A stretch of DNA of 62,883 bases, filler included, from Hausera hauseri (taxonomy: Eukaryota), in NCBI GenBank assembly GCA_046269625.1. It is 11 parts of 11 records of this genome, joined end to end, with 100 filler letters (N's around TTAATTAATTAA, not from the genome) between each part and the next. Parts side by side here need not be neighbours in the genome. Positions count along the whole stretch, not along the records: positions 10,116 to 16,269 come from JBJURY010133318.1; positions 16,370 to 24,308 come from JBJURY010863186.1; positions 24,409 to 28,635 come from JBJURY010688438.1; 8 more parts are not named here. One strand, written 5' to 3'. The stretch's first letter is position 1, and every line of letters begins with the position of its first letter. Below the pieces are notes generated by a model that saw only the letters and a list, made by a program, of their open reading frames with translations, was not told where the DNA came from and searched no databases. This document shows, in pieces, positions 10,590 to 24,646 of this stretch. Both the position numbers and the translations under genes were made by a program.

Positions 10590-11810
10590 ACTAAACCACT
10601 ACATGTGACATCATAAAATAGCAATTATTGATAAAGAGCTCATAAGGTTGTGGATTGACGTTGCTGCACTGCAAGAAACAAGATTATCAGACCGTGGATC
10701 TGTTAAATAAATGAACTACACCTGTTACTGGCAAGACTGAGTTCAGATCCACCTCGACTATATGGAGTCGGATTTGCTGTGAGGAATAGCCTGGTGAATT
10801 TCAGCGAAACGCGGGTCGCAACATCTGAGCACATAATAACACTCAGACTATACAAAAAGTCCGTTTTGTAAATATCTTCAGCTCTTATGCCACAGGGGAC
10901 GATAAAGATAGATTCTATTACATGCTGCATACACACATTCCAAAATGAAGAGCAATTGTTTATAATGGGCGACATGAACGCCCGAGTTGGATCTAACCAA
11001 CATTCATGGCCTGTAAGTCAAGGTAACAATGGTATTGGGAAAGTAAACAAAAATGGTCAAAGATTGTTAGAACTCTGCTCAAATAACCACCTGTACATAA
11101 CCAACACCTTCTTTGGTGTCAAGAATTGCCACAAGGTAAAATGACGTCACCCAAGATCTGGACACTGGCACCAGCTGGACTTTATAATTACAAGTTGACA
11201 CCGACTGAACACAGTTAAAATCACATGCTCATACCACAGTGCAGACTATGATACCGATTATGCCCTCGTCATCAGCAAGGCTAAACTGGCAACAAGAAGA
11301 ATATTTAAATCCAAAGAGCTTCCAAAACCTAAAAATAAATGTCAGTGGATCATAGATACTAGAGAAAAAGGAAGAATTCAAACAAGAATTCACTAATCCA
11401 GTGGAATTGTCCAAAGAAAATTACAGCGTGAATGCCACACTGGACAAGCTTAAGAAAAACATATATGACAGGGCAATCATCTCATTTAGAAAGAACATAT
11501 TTTCAAACAAAGATTGGGTAGAAGAAAATGCTGCGACACTCACACCACTTATTGAAAACAAGAAAAATGCCTTACTGGATTACAAAATAAATCCCTACCA
11601 AAGCTCCAAGGGCTCTCTATGATATTAAAAATCTGTGCTGCAACGGGAATCCAGGAGATGTGCAAATTAATACTTCACAAATTTGTGCAAAACAATTCAA
11701 AGAGCAGCAGATATAGGAGATTGTAGAACTATGTATCAAAACATAAAAGCAAACTTGGACCAAAGATATGCACATTTGCTCCTTTAAAATCAGAGGCTGG
11801 GGAGCCAATC
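10590..11810 (+). mobile_element. RTE-clade LINE fragment (APE endonuclease region), decayed
   Basis: DVAALQETR, YGVGFAV, IMGDMNARVGS, NGQRLLELC..ITNTFF, HPRSGHWHQLDFII. Confidence 0.85.
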
Positions 11811-11922
11811 ACAGACAGAAACAATATGGGAAGTCCATCACAGATAGAAACAATATGAAAACCCTATCACATGCAGAAACAATATGGGGTGTCCATCATG
11901 GATAGAAACAATATGGGAAGTG
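11808..11922 (+). repeat. ~29-bp tandem repeat, about 4 copies
   Basis: Unit approximately atcacagatagaaacaatatgggaagtcc. Confidence 0.8.
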
Positions 11923-12099
11923 TCAATACAAGACCACTTTACATAAGGATGTACCTGTATTTTTACCTTTTGCTCACATGCCAGTACACGTTCTGTGATC
12001 AATGTAACTTTTCCTAGCTACAAAAAACAGTCAAGTTTTCACGCTTTTGCTTGTTTTCTTAATTAAATTTCGTTCATAACGTTTTTTTTTTTTTGACCA

Positions 12100-12362
12100 T
12101 GCCATGTTGTAAAAGTAAAAGCTGCAGTCTACTTCACGCCTACATACAGGCGTATAGAGAAATATAGACTTATTGTCACTGGCATAGGATTGCGTTATGT
12201 TGTTAGCATAACGCCAGGCCGCCTTTTCATTCCCAGAGAATTTCTCCAGTACTCATTTTTGAGGGTGGTTGGGCTCTTCGAGTCGTTCTGATAAATAAAA
12301 AAGTCCAGTGCCCAAAGCTGGGGTTGAACCCACGGCCACACAATAGGTAGACGAGCGCACTA
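12100..12362 (-). mobile_element. tRNA-derived SINE remnant
   Basis: Minus strand ttagtgcgctcgtctacc..gtgggttcaaccccagc, a tRNA-like head with B-box, followed by a non-tRNA body. Confidence 0.5.
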
Positions 12363-12591
12363 AATTGTAATTATTAATCCTGGACCATCCTGTGTGGTTC
12401 TTTCAGCGGGTTTCCCACCATGGTTTGTCCTTTTAGTTAAAAGAATGTTTATTTGAGATACTCAAGGACTTGTCTCGCGCGTCTGGTGTATACATTTGTT
12501 GGCTCCCCGCGTTGTGCCAGCAAGTTTTTTCATGATCACCATGCGTAGATTTGCGCTTCTTTGGTCCTTTTCAATCTGGACTTTCCATGTT

Positions 12592-13140
12592 CATCATCAG
12601 GTGCCGTGTTGCGAAGTGTAGTCTGACATGGATCTTCACCTCTCGAGATTCCTGGTATCTCCAATCATCTCTGCTGTTGACCTACTTCCGAGCCATTCTT
12701 TCAAACCATCCAGACACTTCATTCTTTACCGACCACTGCTTCTATTTCCTGGTATTTTGCATGTGGTGACCAAGTTCTCCAGACCTTCTCTTCTTAAAAT
12801 ATGGCCAATCATAGATGCTTGTCTCTTCCTGATTTTACTGATAAGTGTTCTTTCTGCATCTGCTTCTTGTAAAACATCTTCGTTTGCTGTCCAATGGATT
12901 TTCAACATTCTTCTGAGAAACCACATCTCTGTTGCTTTAAAAGAATTTTCCCAATTTTTTACTCAATGTCCATGATTCGCAGCCATACATTAGTATGGGT
13001 TCAATATATCACTGCAGGACTCTCTTTATCAACGGTAATGACAGATTCGTCGTACATAGTATGTTTTTCATTTTCTGGAATGCTGTTTTTGCCTGTGAAA
13101 TTCCTGATTTTGATTTCCGTATCACATCTGCGATCTGATG
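12592..13140 (-). mobile_element. RTE-like LINE 3' fragment (C-terminal part of RT ORF)
   Basis: MWFLRRMLKIHWT..NEDVL..RKRQASMIGHILRREGLE; ends cacggcacctgatgatg. Confidence 0.85.
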
Positions 13141-13239
13141 TTACAAGAGTGATGTTACAAGAGTTCCAAGGTATTTGAATTTCTACACTTGTTTTACTTT
13201 TCGATTTTATCATTACATTGCATACTTTATCAAATGCTT

Positions 13240-14600
13240 TATCCACCCACACTGTGAGTGTCTGTTTTTTTTTAAATCATGAAAGACGTCTTGTATTTCC
13301 TATGCTATGTAAGTGATCTGATCTTCAGTGGATTTGTGTTGTTTGAAGCCTAGTAGCTGGGTCATTAGTAAGTTTTCCTCTTCCAGGTGTCACATCTATC
13401 TATCTCATAGGTATGTAACTGTTTGGAGCTGCTGGATCCTTATCTTTTTTACTATTGATATCAATATAGCTTCTTTCCGTATCTGTGGTACAATTCCACT
13501 TTTCCAACTGCAATTTATGATTGCTAGGAGTTTCTTATTTGTCTTTGTACCCAGACCTAGCAGCATTTCCTTTGTGATTCCATCCTTTCCTTTTGATTTC
13601 TTTATTTTTAGTGATCCAAGTGCTTCTTCTATCTCATTCATAGATATATTAGCTATCATGTGTTCTCCTGGAGCATTCATTGTCCTATCATGCGTGTTTT
13701 CTTCTTTATAAACGGTTTTCTTTCTGTCCGCTTATGTGGATTGCTGGTGCATATTGTTCCATGTCTACATTTACAGATGTTTGTTCTCTGCAAATAAATT
13801 ATTATTCTGTTTAATTGTGATTTATTTGGGGTGGAATTCATTGCCTTGGGCCTTGGCTAATTTCCATAATATGTTTCCCTCTCTATCTAGGTTAAGTGTT
13901 TCAGTTTTTTCTTTCTTATTGTCTGATTTAATACGTTTGTGTACTTAGGGGAGGCTGCTTTAGTGAAATGTTTGCCTCAGTTGTCCGCTCTGCAATGTTT
14001 CTGGCGTGTGCTACTTCATTTTCGAGCTTTAGGGGATCTTCTGTTCAGCATGGTTTATAATTCTGCATGGCCACTCGAGGGATGGACTCAGCAGCTGATT
14101 TTGAGCACTAACGTGACTGGTCTGTGGTCGCTTGTTGCTAGCTGACAGTCAATTTTGTGACGCCTCATGTGGAGACAGATTCTGATGCTTATGTCCTTTA
14201 CTACTATGTGAATCCCTCTAAGTTCTGACTGATTGTTGGTTCATACAGTTATCTCACTACATGCTACGGTGTTTCGTGTAAGTATTATCACGACGCCTTT
14301 GTTTCCTTCGAAGTTTTAGCCTGTGTGTTTGGTAACGTCTTACTATTAAGGTGGGTTTCCTGTATGCATGCAAAATTAATCTCTTCTTCATTGAGACGAT
14401 TTGTAAGGGGAATTTTTTCTTTTGCACTCCTGCAGCATTCCACTGTAGAATATTTAGTGTTCTTGGTTTGTCTTGTTGTACCTTGGCTCCGGTAAGTGAC
14501 CACTTGGCACTTGGGGTGGACCCCTTCGATGCGGGGGGGGGGGGTCCGGTACTGTCACCTCCTGGCGGGATTCCATGGGATGAGCACCATTCTTTGTTTT
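13240..14600 (-). mobile_element. second LINE (APE-RT, I/Jockey-like) remnant
   Basis: LNILQWNAAG, ACIQETHL, EIEEALGSLK.KKSKGKDGI, WKSGIVP. Confidence 0.75.
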
Positions 14601-17579
14601 GTTTTGTGACATCATCATAAAGTGAATTACGTTGCACTGTTTTGTTAAGCATGTAGCCCAGTACATCTAATTTCAACATTTTCGGGTTTACCTTCCCTAC
14701 ATAGTTAGGAGTCTTCCTGTCCAGAGTCTTGTTCATCCAAACACTGCCCGCAGGAATCGGGGATTTATACAGTAGCCTTCTCTGCTTTGTTTAACCAGGG
14801 TGTGCTCTGCTCCCAGGACAAGTCTCAACGTGGTTAGGCACGTATCTGCCACATATGATAAAGGACTTGCACTGCCAGAGGTTTCTATAGGGTTATCTCA
14901 CACATAGTCTAGAAATGTTACCCCAGTGGGGTCTGGTTTGTTGACGTCAGATATTCGTCATTCGCCATTGCCGTGTTGGTAGAAGAAGGGTGTACTGGGC
15001 CTAGAGATCAGACCACACGGGCAGGTACGATTGGCTTGACTGGCATTTATCATTATTTATATGAGACCTATAGCAACCCTTACATCCTGCGGCTGTGACC
15101 AAGGAAATAGCTTGGCAACAGACGCAGAACGTCACTGATGTCTGCATACTCATTTGCACTGTGAGCAAGCTCTGTAATGTCACGACGGGCTTTACACGTA
15201 GACTTTGCCTAGAGTTTGTAAAGAGTCGCTGCAGAGTCACTTTCAACCTCACATAAGGGGACACAGAAAGAAAAAGAGAATGGAAAAGTATCAACGCAAT
15301 ATTCTGTATTCTGCTTCTTCTTTAGCTCACGATGATCTATATCTGCAAATGTGTCTCCCTGATAAACTGTTCTGGAGTTCTATCATGGAGCCATACAGCT
15401 TTGTGTCTAATGATGTTTCGTTTCACCAGTAACTGAGCCCCAGTGAATCACACTGCATACTCATATGCACAGTACACAGATAAAATTAAAATAAACAAAA
15501 ATATACAGACATGGAATAACAAAGAGGCACAGCCAAACACATGGATGGAAGGACAGACAGACAAACAGGACACAGTTGTTCTCTAATTTGTAACACTGAT
15601 ATGCAACAAAGAATATCTCGTCAAATATGCAAAGACCTTTAATATCATACTATTGCAATGATTACAAATCACATGAAAATTGGCATACTCTATGTTAGTA
15701 TAAAAAAACAGTGTTTAATTCATACATAATACACATTCATTGTTCAACTCACTGTACAGGTATATATATACTGTGTCATAGAAACTGACAATATAAATTT
15801 AAAATGCAATTACATTTTTTTATTCTTTTTACAGTAAACATTGGAAGCTATGTGTTACACTTTGTCGTTTAAAACTGGGTAATTATTGTATGTACCGTGA
15901 TTTCCTTAGTATCTCGTAGATAATTTTTAAAAATATAATATGTCTACACATTGTGGCAGTCCATATACATAACATAAATTAGCCTTTAAAAAGTCCGAGT
16001 ATATTCGTATGACCACTTGATAGTACCTCACGGTGAGAGGCAGCCACATCCCTATGGGATGGACCTGGATCCTAGTTTAGTTCCCCCACTCCTGCCTAGC
16101 TCACATATGGCTCCACGTGTCTGCTTGTGTACGGCAGCGCAATCCCCTGGACAACGGCTTTGGCTGGCCGGCTAAACTATGTGAGTGAATTCATTATAAG
16201 GGTGTCCCCCTTAGATAGTACACACAGCTGCTGGTGGAGGAGACGGAAGATCAATTCGTTTGACAACGANNNNNNNNNNNNNNNNNNNNNNNNNNNNNNN
16301 NNNNNNNNNNNNNTTAATTAATTAANNNNNNNNNNNNNNNNNNNNNNNNNNNNNNNNNNNNNNNNNNNNCAGCACCATGGGGTCCTTGGATCTGATTGGA
16401 CCAGATGGCACACAGGTCAGTCATGGTCCCGCCCACACTTGTCACTGCTCCACATAAAAAAAACAAAAGTACTTCAGATGGGTTGAGGAGAACCCCTGTG
16501 GAAAGATTATGAACAGTCACTATCTTACCTGTTGTAGAAGCTCTTTGAACAAACTCACTTTGGAGAAATAGTTTGTTTCATCAAACTGCAACAAACTGAC
16601 AGCTGCAGTCACAGGTGAGCAGGTGAACAGGAGGGGGCTCAGCACTCCTGGAGGAGGGGGGGTAGTGCTGAGGGTGGTGGAGGATAGGGAGCCATGGTGG
16701 ACAAAAAGTGTTTTCTTTTTCTCTTTTTTCAAACATGTTTTTTTTTTGTTTGTTTGTTTTTTTGTTTGCAATATTTTTAAACTACCACATCTTTTCTCTC
16801 CCATGTATTTTTGTTTTTCAATTCCTGAATGTTTTCATGAATATTTAGAAATAAAGAGAACTTTTTTGCCTTTGAAATTTTCTGGTAATTTATCAGATTG
16901 TCTTTTCAGTAACTGGCATCAGTCTGGTGTTTGAAGAATCTGCTGGTTTCTGTTTCTGTCGTAGTCCAAGTTCTTAGAAAACTGGCCAACGGTTCCAAAA
17001 TTCTATAGAAAAAACATGTTTTCTTTCATGTTATAACATGTTTCACATTTTAAAAACAACCCTATATTTAACAAAGCTAAAGCCAGAACAGGAAATTGAC
17101 ATAATTACTCTTTCAATAAGTCCAAAATAAAAGGTTTAAAACATATAAACAGCTACATTTCTCTTCTGAAGCTGAAGATGTTTAGTCTTGGTTTTACCAA
17201 TTCAAAATGAAAAACTACTTTTCCATTTTTCAGAACATTTAGTTTTTCATCTTCTGCAGCAGGTGAACAGTAATGCTTGTGTGCAGCTGTCTGATAAAGA
17301 TATATCTCATCAAGCACTTGGTGCATTTCAATGAGACTTTCAGGAAACACACACTACATGTACTTCTACAGCCAGTTACAGTTTGAAGACAACACAAGTC
17401 AAGATGGCTGCCACTACTGACCTAACAAAACACAGAAATGTCTCTAATTCCTTCAGTTTTCACATGTTGACTTGGTGTGCTTGTACTTGAGTTATAACAC
17501 ATACAACACTTTCATTCTCACATGGATCTTAACAAAGAAGAAAACAGAAATGATGCAATCAAAGAATGTTCATTTTTTA

Positions 17580-18470
17580 TTTATTAGACAAGATTAATGC
17601 TGATTTTGGGGACGGTTCCTACCTCTGAACGACAGTTACCTGCTTCTTTGCCTCACATTGAGCTGAGACTAAAAGCACGATGTGATCGTCACGCTGGGAT
17701 GGAGAATTCCCTAAAGTCAGACAAGTTGGACAAGTTCTACTTTGAAGACTCCCTGAGTGGGAAGTGTTTGATGAAATACTAGATAATAAACTACCTGAGG
17801 TGTAGTAGGAGGGTTGCTTCTTGACATTGAGGAGAACTCCCAGTGTTGGAGCATTCTTGGAGTTGGAGGAGTTGGAGGAGTTCCTGAGATGGAGGAATTG
17901 GAAGCGTTGGAAAAGCCCCTGATTTGAAACAGTGAGAGGAGTTGGATGAGTTGAAGAAGGAACAATTGCAGGATGTTTTGTGTCAGAAGAAGTGATGGAG
18001 GGGATGGATGGCCACCTGATCTGGAGGAGTTGGAGAAATCTCTGAACTGGATCAGTTGCAGGACTCTGAGTTGGAGGAGCTGCAGAGGTCTGGGACGTCT
18101 GATGAGTTGGTGGAAGGTGGAACAGTTGAAGACAGTGAGCTGTGTTCACCTGAAGGAAATCCTGACAATTTGAAACAAAATGTCAAAAGATGTGTTGAAG
18201 TGTAACAATCCTATCAGAGTAAGGACAAATGTAAATGTGTATTGTGTGTTTATTTCTACATATTGGTGTCTGCTCACACTGATGTACACTGCATGTTGTA
18301 CCTGAGGACAGCTTGCAGCTGATTAGAACCCACCCTTTATTAAAGCTGGGATCAAAATGCTGCCATGCAGCAAGTGATGCAGTAAAGCCCCCAGCTGCCA
18401 AACGCTTGAGCCTTGTACTTCTGCTGTTGATATGACTCTGGTGGGGGGGTCAAGTGGAAGGTTAACTGGA
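17580..18470 (-). pseudogene. 3' exons of a second, degenerate pim-related kinase paralogue
   Basis: SVWQLGALL..LISCKLSS exon (18300-18467); flanking intron sequence similar to 20470-20780. Confidence 0.6.
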
Positions 18471-20269
18471 ATACACACAATGACAAAATAATGAGTAAAC
18501 TGTGATAAAAACAAACATTGAGTTTAGAAAATCAGACAGCTTTTCTGTCAAAGTGAGACGATACAAACGTCTACTTAGCTCCCATTGACAGATATAACTG
18601 GACTGGGCGTTACGTAACCTGAGCATGCTTTGCAAGGGGGATTTTTATGCATTGAGCTAATGCTAATGCTAACCATTGAAATCAATGAGCAGAACGTAGT
18701 GTGGTGCAAACAAAGGCTTTAAAAATGTACAACTGGCACAAATACTTTGCTCTAAACTACAGAGATTGTTACAACATGTTTACAAGAGCAAAAACAGTTA
18801 CGTTTTACAGGTAAATATTAAGCATATTTAACCAAAAATGATTATTTTAATTGTAAAAACTCTATGCTAACATTAAAAAAGGTTCATTGTTCATGTTTTT
18901 TGTTCCAAATAAATAAAAATAAAAACTTGCCATGTTCTCTAAGTGAATGAGTTTTAAATGTTATTTTAATTTATCAGAAAGATCCACAAATTTCACTCTT
19001 CACAATTTTATGAAAACAACAAGGTTGTTGATGTGCTAAAAATGTTTATATTTACAATCATACTTTGACACAACTGCTCTGGGATAAATGTAATTCAATA
19101 AAAGATAAAATACAAAGAATAAATCATTTTAAATGATTACATGAGCTGAACCCATCTAAATATAATCTTTTTGAATAAAATAGTCTTTTAAAAACTAAAT
19201 CAGTCTAACAAACAAAACATTTGTTCTGTACAAAAGACAGATATTTGCTGCTTGGTCTGCAGAGTGTGGAAAGCTGCTTTAAACAAGGCCAAAGATCTAG
19301 AAGGCCAAACTACAGGAGTTGTACATCTCAGGGTGGTGTAATCTAACAGACATTTAAACATGAAATGTTCACTTTCAGATATTTATATGACACATGGCCG
19401 TGGCTCAGCCCATTGGCCGCTTAGCTAGTTTACAAAATGTATGCAGAGTAAAAAACAAACAAAATAAATCCTCTGATTTGGCATGATGTCCTGAGACATT
19501 AGCAGCTGATAGAAGGCATCATAAAACAGAACAGGGTGATATTAAATGCCCTGACAGCCCTGTAGATAAATGTGCTGAGGAAATGTGCTAATGTGTATGA
19601 ATATCCAGCTGCTCAGAACTCATTAACTTGTATAAAAAATACTTATTTAAAGTCACTGTTATTCATTTAAATTTGTTCTTTATTTTAAAATTCAATAATC
19701 ATAAAATTCTCACTTTCCTCAGCTTTACTTTGAACCAGTTTGTAAAAATCGAGCAAGAACTAATAAATTGATAAGAGTTTTTCATCAGGATAACACCTCA
19801 CAGTCCATTGACAAGCATTCATTTTGATGAGGCGCTTCAATGCATAACAAAGCTCCAGTGTGTGTGCATGTCGACGTAGCTAACAACGCGCTAGCCACGC
19901 CCACTCCAGTAATATATATCAACCGTAGCTCCTCTCCATAAATGTTTATGCAAATATATTATTTATTTTTAAACAACCGCTAGACACATTAAACTATTTG
20001 TCAAACTCATGGCTAACAAACTGCACTAATTTGAATATATATATAAACATAAACACACAATATGAACACAAATGTTCAAAGTGACACCACAGGATTACCT
20101 CAGTAGAGCTGAGGAGCACAGCAGGTCTTTGTTTGAGGACACTGATGAATACACCATGCTTATGTAAAAAAATAAAACAAAAAATCTAATTTAAGAACAG
20201 GTCCAGTCCAAAAATGCAACACATTATAAAGGCTTTTCCACACAACACTCACCATCCTCTGCAGCTGTT

Positions 20270-21852
20270 TCCCAGAGTTGTTGTTGAGTGGAGGAGTTAC
20301 AGGACTCCTGAGTTGAACAAAGTGAAGGAGTCTCTGAGTTGGAAGAGATCCTGAGTTGAAGAAGTTCAGGAGTTCCAGAGTTGGAGGAGTTGTTGTGGTT
20401 AGATGATGAACCTGAGTGACTCAGTGTTGGACAGCTTGCTGCACATGTGAAGGAACTCCTGACAAGCTGAAATAAAACACAAACATGTACTTGAGGCTAA
20501 CGGTCATATGAATAATGACAAACCTAAATTTGTATTGTGTGTTTGTTCTACATAATGCTGTCTGCTCACTCTGATGTAATCTGTGGGACTTACCTTTGGA
20601 CAGCTTGCGGCTGATTGGAAGCCACCCTTCTATGTATCTGTGCGTACTAAAACGGGTGGCGTGCAGCATGTGGTACATCATGGCCCCCAGCTGCCAAACG
20701 GTGGTCGGTTCAGCCTTGTACTTGTGGTCTTTAAACCACTCTGGGGGCGCAAATAGAAAGGTACCTGGAAAACACACATGAACACAATAATGACAAAGCT
20801 GTGTTAGAAATCACTCAAACATTATGAGCAATGATCTTAATTCTTTTGAAACGACCTGTATTTGTACTACAAGTCTAATGTCACACAAAGGAAATAGATC
20901 CATTACAATACTCCTCTTTTCCTAAATATACCTGCATGAAAGCAGGAACTTNNNNNNNNNNNNNNNNNNNNNNNNNNNNNNNNNNNNNNNNNNNNNNNNN
21001 NNNNNNNNNNNNNNNNNNNNNNNNNNNNNNNNNNNNNNNNNNNNNNNNNNNCTAATGTCACACAAAGGAAATAGATCCATTACAATACTCCTCTTTTCCT
21101 AAATATACCTGCATGAAAGCAGGAACTTAAAATGGTTTAAAAGAACTATGACTGGATCTTACCACTGAATCTCGTAAAGAAACCCAGCTGATGGTAAGTG
21201 CTGCATCCGAAATCAATGAGGCGGACGCGTGGGCTGGAGGAGCCGGTTTCTATTAATGTATTTGCAAACTTCAGGTCGCGGTGGAAAAGACCTTTCTGCT
21301 GCAAGTCCATGGCTGCCTCCAGCAGCTGAGACATGATTGTCTGAAATAAAAAACAACAAATGCACTTAATTAAAAAAGGCTCTGAGTTTGAAAATGTATT
21401 TCTGTAATAACAATCAGAACAAAAATAAAAACAAGCACATTTTAAAGATGCAATTTAACAAATGGACTGGAATGATTCAAATCCATATCAAACCACACGT
21501 CCTTCATTTATTTTAGGACAGTTCTTTCTATCAATAATTTAAAGTTTGGTCATTTCCTGACTGATCTTTAAAAACTGCAGTAAACTGTGTCCCTCACAGA
21601 ACACACAGTATTTGTGTCATCTGTAACATCATCAGGTCTAATACCTTAGCCTCACGCTCCGCCAAAGGGCCTTTTTTGGATCTCATGTAATCACTGAGAT
21701 CCATGCAAGGATCCGGTCTCTCCAGGACCAGGACTAGTTCCTGCTCAAAGCAGTACCAGTCCAACAGCGCCACTGAAGCACACTTCCCCACTGAGTCAGG
21801 CCCGCCTCCTGCCTTTAGAGTCAACTCTACCTCAGAGGGAAGAGTGTGCTCC
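20270..21852 (-). CDS. pimr: fish pim-related Ser/Thr kinase, multi-exon, partial
   Basis: Exons LLDWY..LVLERP (21643-21852), HRDLKFAN..IDFGC (21163-21341), GT..APPEW..TVWQLG (20593-20765), with GT/AG boundaries. Confidence 0.85.
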
Positions 21853-23539
21853 TAACAAAAAACAAAAGACAAATGTTTAACTAATGCAAAATTCACTGTT
21901 TTACATGTTTTTATGCTTTAATTTGGGTCTGCACTGAAACAGAAACAGTCCAAGCACCAACAATATAGAAATGGGTTTTTAGTGTCAAAAAACAAGAGTT
22001 TTCTAAAACCTGGGGATAGTGACATCACAGTCCTGGTGACCTACTAATGCCAAGGTGAGCCCAGCCCCTCACCTGGTAACCCAAGTGGAGACTCCGCCCA
22101 CTTTTCCCAGGACGCCCGCGTTAGTTCTGCTATGGAGAACCGTGGCTTGATTTTATTTTTCTTCTTTGTCATCATGATCCACATAGAGGTAATGATAACC
22201 ATGCGTTATGACTAATTAAAAAAATAAGAAAAATAAGTAACATAAAGTTTGGATATCCCATCTTAATATTGAATTTAAAAATAATCATTTATGGGTTATG
22301 TTCATTTTTATGTTAAAGTTGAATATTAAAACTATGGACACAACCAATATGGAATTTTTCCTAGCTACTCCCTGTTGCATCTATTAAGGTACTTAATTGA
22401 AAAAAATAATTATTTTATTTACAAGGAAAAGTCATAATATTTTGTCGCTGTATTCTGATTGAGAATATTTTTATTGCATTGAGCAAATTAAGACGGGAAA
22501 TTGACGATACTGATAAGTGGGAAGCAGCCATATTGAAAAATGGTAAGTTTGAAATTAATGAAATTTGAGTTGGTAAATAGTCGACATGATAAATCTCACC
22601 AAGAGGCATCTAACGATACCTTACGTCTCCGTCGATAAACGTCGTAAGGGGAACCCTAATGAAAAGCCAAAAACTATCCTCCGACCTGAATAAAATTAAG
22701 CAGTAATATGGTATAAATATCCACAAATTGAATGAGTGTCATGACATAATTTGACCGACGAAAAAAATCATGAAGTCAAAGTCAGTGGAGGTTTTAGTAC
22801 TAATACCACCTTTCGGAGCACCATTAGTATGACTATTATTGTTCAGTCCTCATTAATTCGGATTGGTAGAGACGTTTATTCACGTGTGAATTAATGGGGA
22901 GAACAAATTTATCTTCGTACGTTTACCCGCTATAAATGGGGCGAGACGGACACATGGACCTTACTTACGCTTAACCTATGAGTGATGTGTCGGGGACAGT
23001 AGCCTATGAGGCTGTATCTTTTGTTACGTCTACGGTTTTAATAAGTAGTACCCCTTACCTAGTTAGTGGGGCGTCGGACCGACCGTATATTGGGACCTGT
23101 GCCAATTATTTACAACGTTTATTTAGTTTATTTAACAATGAAACAGGAACGACAATTGTTCCTGTACGTAGAATAAACAAAAAGTAACGATTGAAAATAT
23201 AATTTTAATAAACATAAAATAAGTTAAGTAAAACAACACTTACATGAAGACGTGATGAAGAATAGTGCTCAGAAGTTCAAATTCACAAGTTCTAATTTTT
23301 AATATTTTGGACACAGTATTTATAGGCCCTGCTCGGGCACCACATATATCAGTTATTTGGTACAAGTGTGAATGAAATGAATGTATTACACATACAAATT
23401 GGTGCTAACACTTAAAAATTGGTACACATATTGTCATGGCATTATTAAGATCAGTATGACATAAAGGTGGATTCATCAATAAAAAAGCAAATGTTTAATC
23501 AATAAAGACTGTTAATGAATAATTAAGCAAATAAAAAAT

Positions 23540-24160
23540 TCACAGGGATCGAGGAAATTGACCAAATTTTATGGTTGAGGAGGAAGGAAGACTATCCAAA
23601 ACTTCCTCGTCCATGTTGAGTTTTCTCTTCTCATTGGATGTTGTCAGTGGGGCTTTTAACACCTTGTTGGGAGCCGTCTTTTCGTCGATAATTTCGTCTG
23701 ACCATTGTAATGTTCGATACAAGGCGTGGAAGCATTGCACCATTACTGTGCTTCTTAATGGCATAGTTCGGGTTTCGTAGAACTTTCTTGTTAACTCTCG
23801 TGGTTTAACTAATTCCATAGGATATTTACGGAGAATCTATTCGTTATATAAGATATTACGAATTCATAAGATTCACCGCAATGGACACTTTAGATAGGTA
23901 GAGATCGTATTAATTATGTCGGCCCCGATAACCATCTTGTCCGTTAGGATTTCCCAAATCTTGGCGTAAAACTGTTGGACTTCCATTTGGTTGGCTGTTT
24001 GTAGCTCAGTAAGACCGGTTACGTGGGTATCGTAATTATTTATCCGTTGACGAGGTGTTATTAGCGTATAGAATACCAGGTCTCCGTTGGATTTTATTAC
24101 TGAGCATTCAATAAGTTGCATCTATTTGTATTGGTCGTACGCTAACTTGATTTCCGTGGT
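23540..24160 (-). pseudogene. intronless DEDDh 3'-5' exonuclease (REX4/ISG20-like), frameshifted
   Basis: ECSVI..GDLVFYTLITP..INNYDTHVTGLT..ILTDKMVIG resembles the REX4/ISG20 core. Confidence 0.6.
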
Positions 24161-24646
24161 TCGGTGAAAAGATTTCTTTCAAGCTGACATAATTAGCTTT
24201 GGGAAGATTGAAACAATTACAAAGAGGGCTTGCCGGCTATTGTTTTTCGGCTTTTATTACCTCCACACCGAACATAATTTGATTAGACAATGATCTAATT
24301 TTGATGGANNNNNNNNNNNNNNNNNNNNNNNNNNNNNNNNNNNNNNNNNNNNTTAATTAATTAANNNNNNNNNNNNNNNNNNNNNNNNNNNNNNNNNNNN
24401 NNNNNNNNTACAAGTGCAGCATGTTGGAAACAATATACAATGCTGAATTTTCGCTACCATTAAAATTATTTATTTTTTCTACATGTTTGTTTTGTTTAAC
24501 CTCATCAATTATGACAATTAAAATAAAAATCAATAAAAATGGACAGTGCACGTTGACATGGCTACATATTTCATTATTTCCAATTCACTTCCAAGAATGA
24601 TGAGTTTTGTTATTTGTGCTTCTCAAATAATTGGTTGATTTTTGGA

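Noticed and set aside
11808-11922. CRISPR-like array
   Set aside because: Units are contiguous ~29-bp repeats with no unique spacers; no cas genes; eukaryotic context.
12300-12362. tRNA gene
   Set aside because: B-box is present but there is no complete cloverleaf; better explained as a SINE head.
16010-16269. HDV-like ribozyme or LINE 5' end
   Set aside because: GC-richer and suggestive, but I could not assemble P1-P4 pairings; the contig ends.
20875-21128. Direct repeat flanking an N gap
   Set aside because: Identical sequence on both sides of a scaffold gap is a typical unmerged-overlap artefact.
23044-23070. Polinton terminus (AGTAGT...)
   Set aside because: No partner TIR, TSD or Polinton core gene on this contig.
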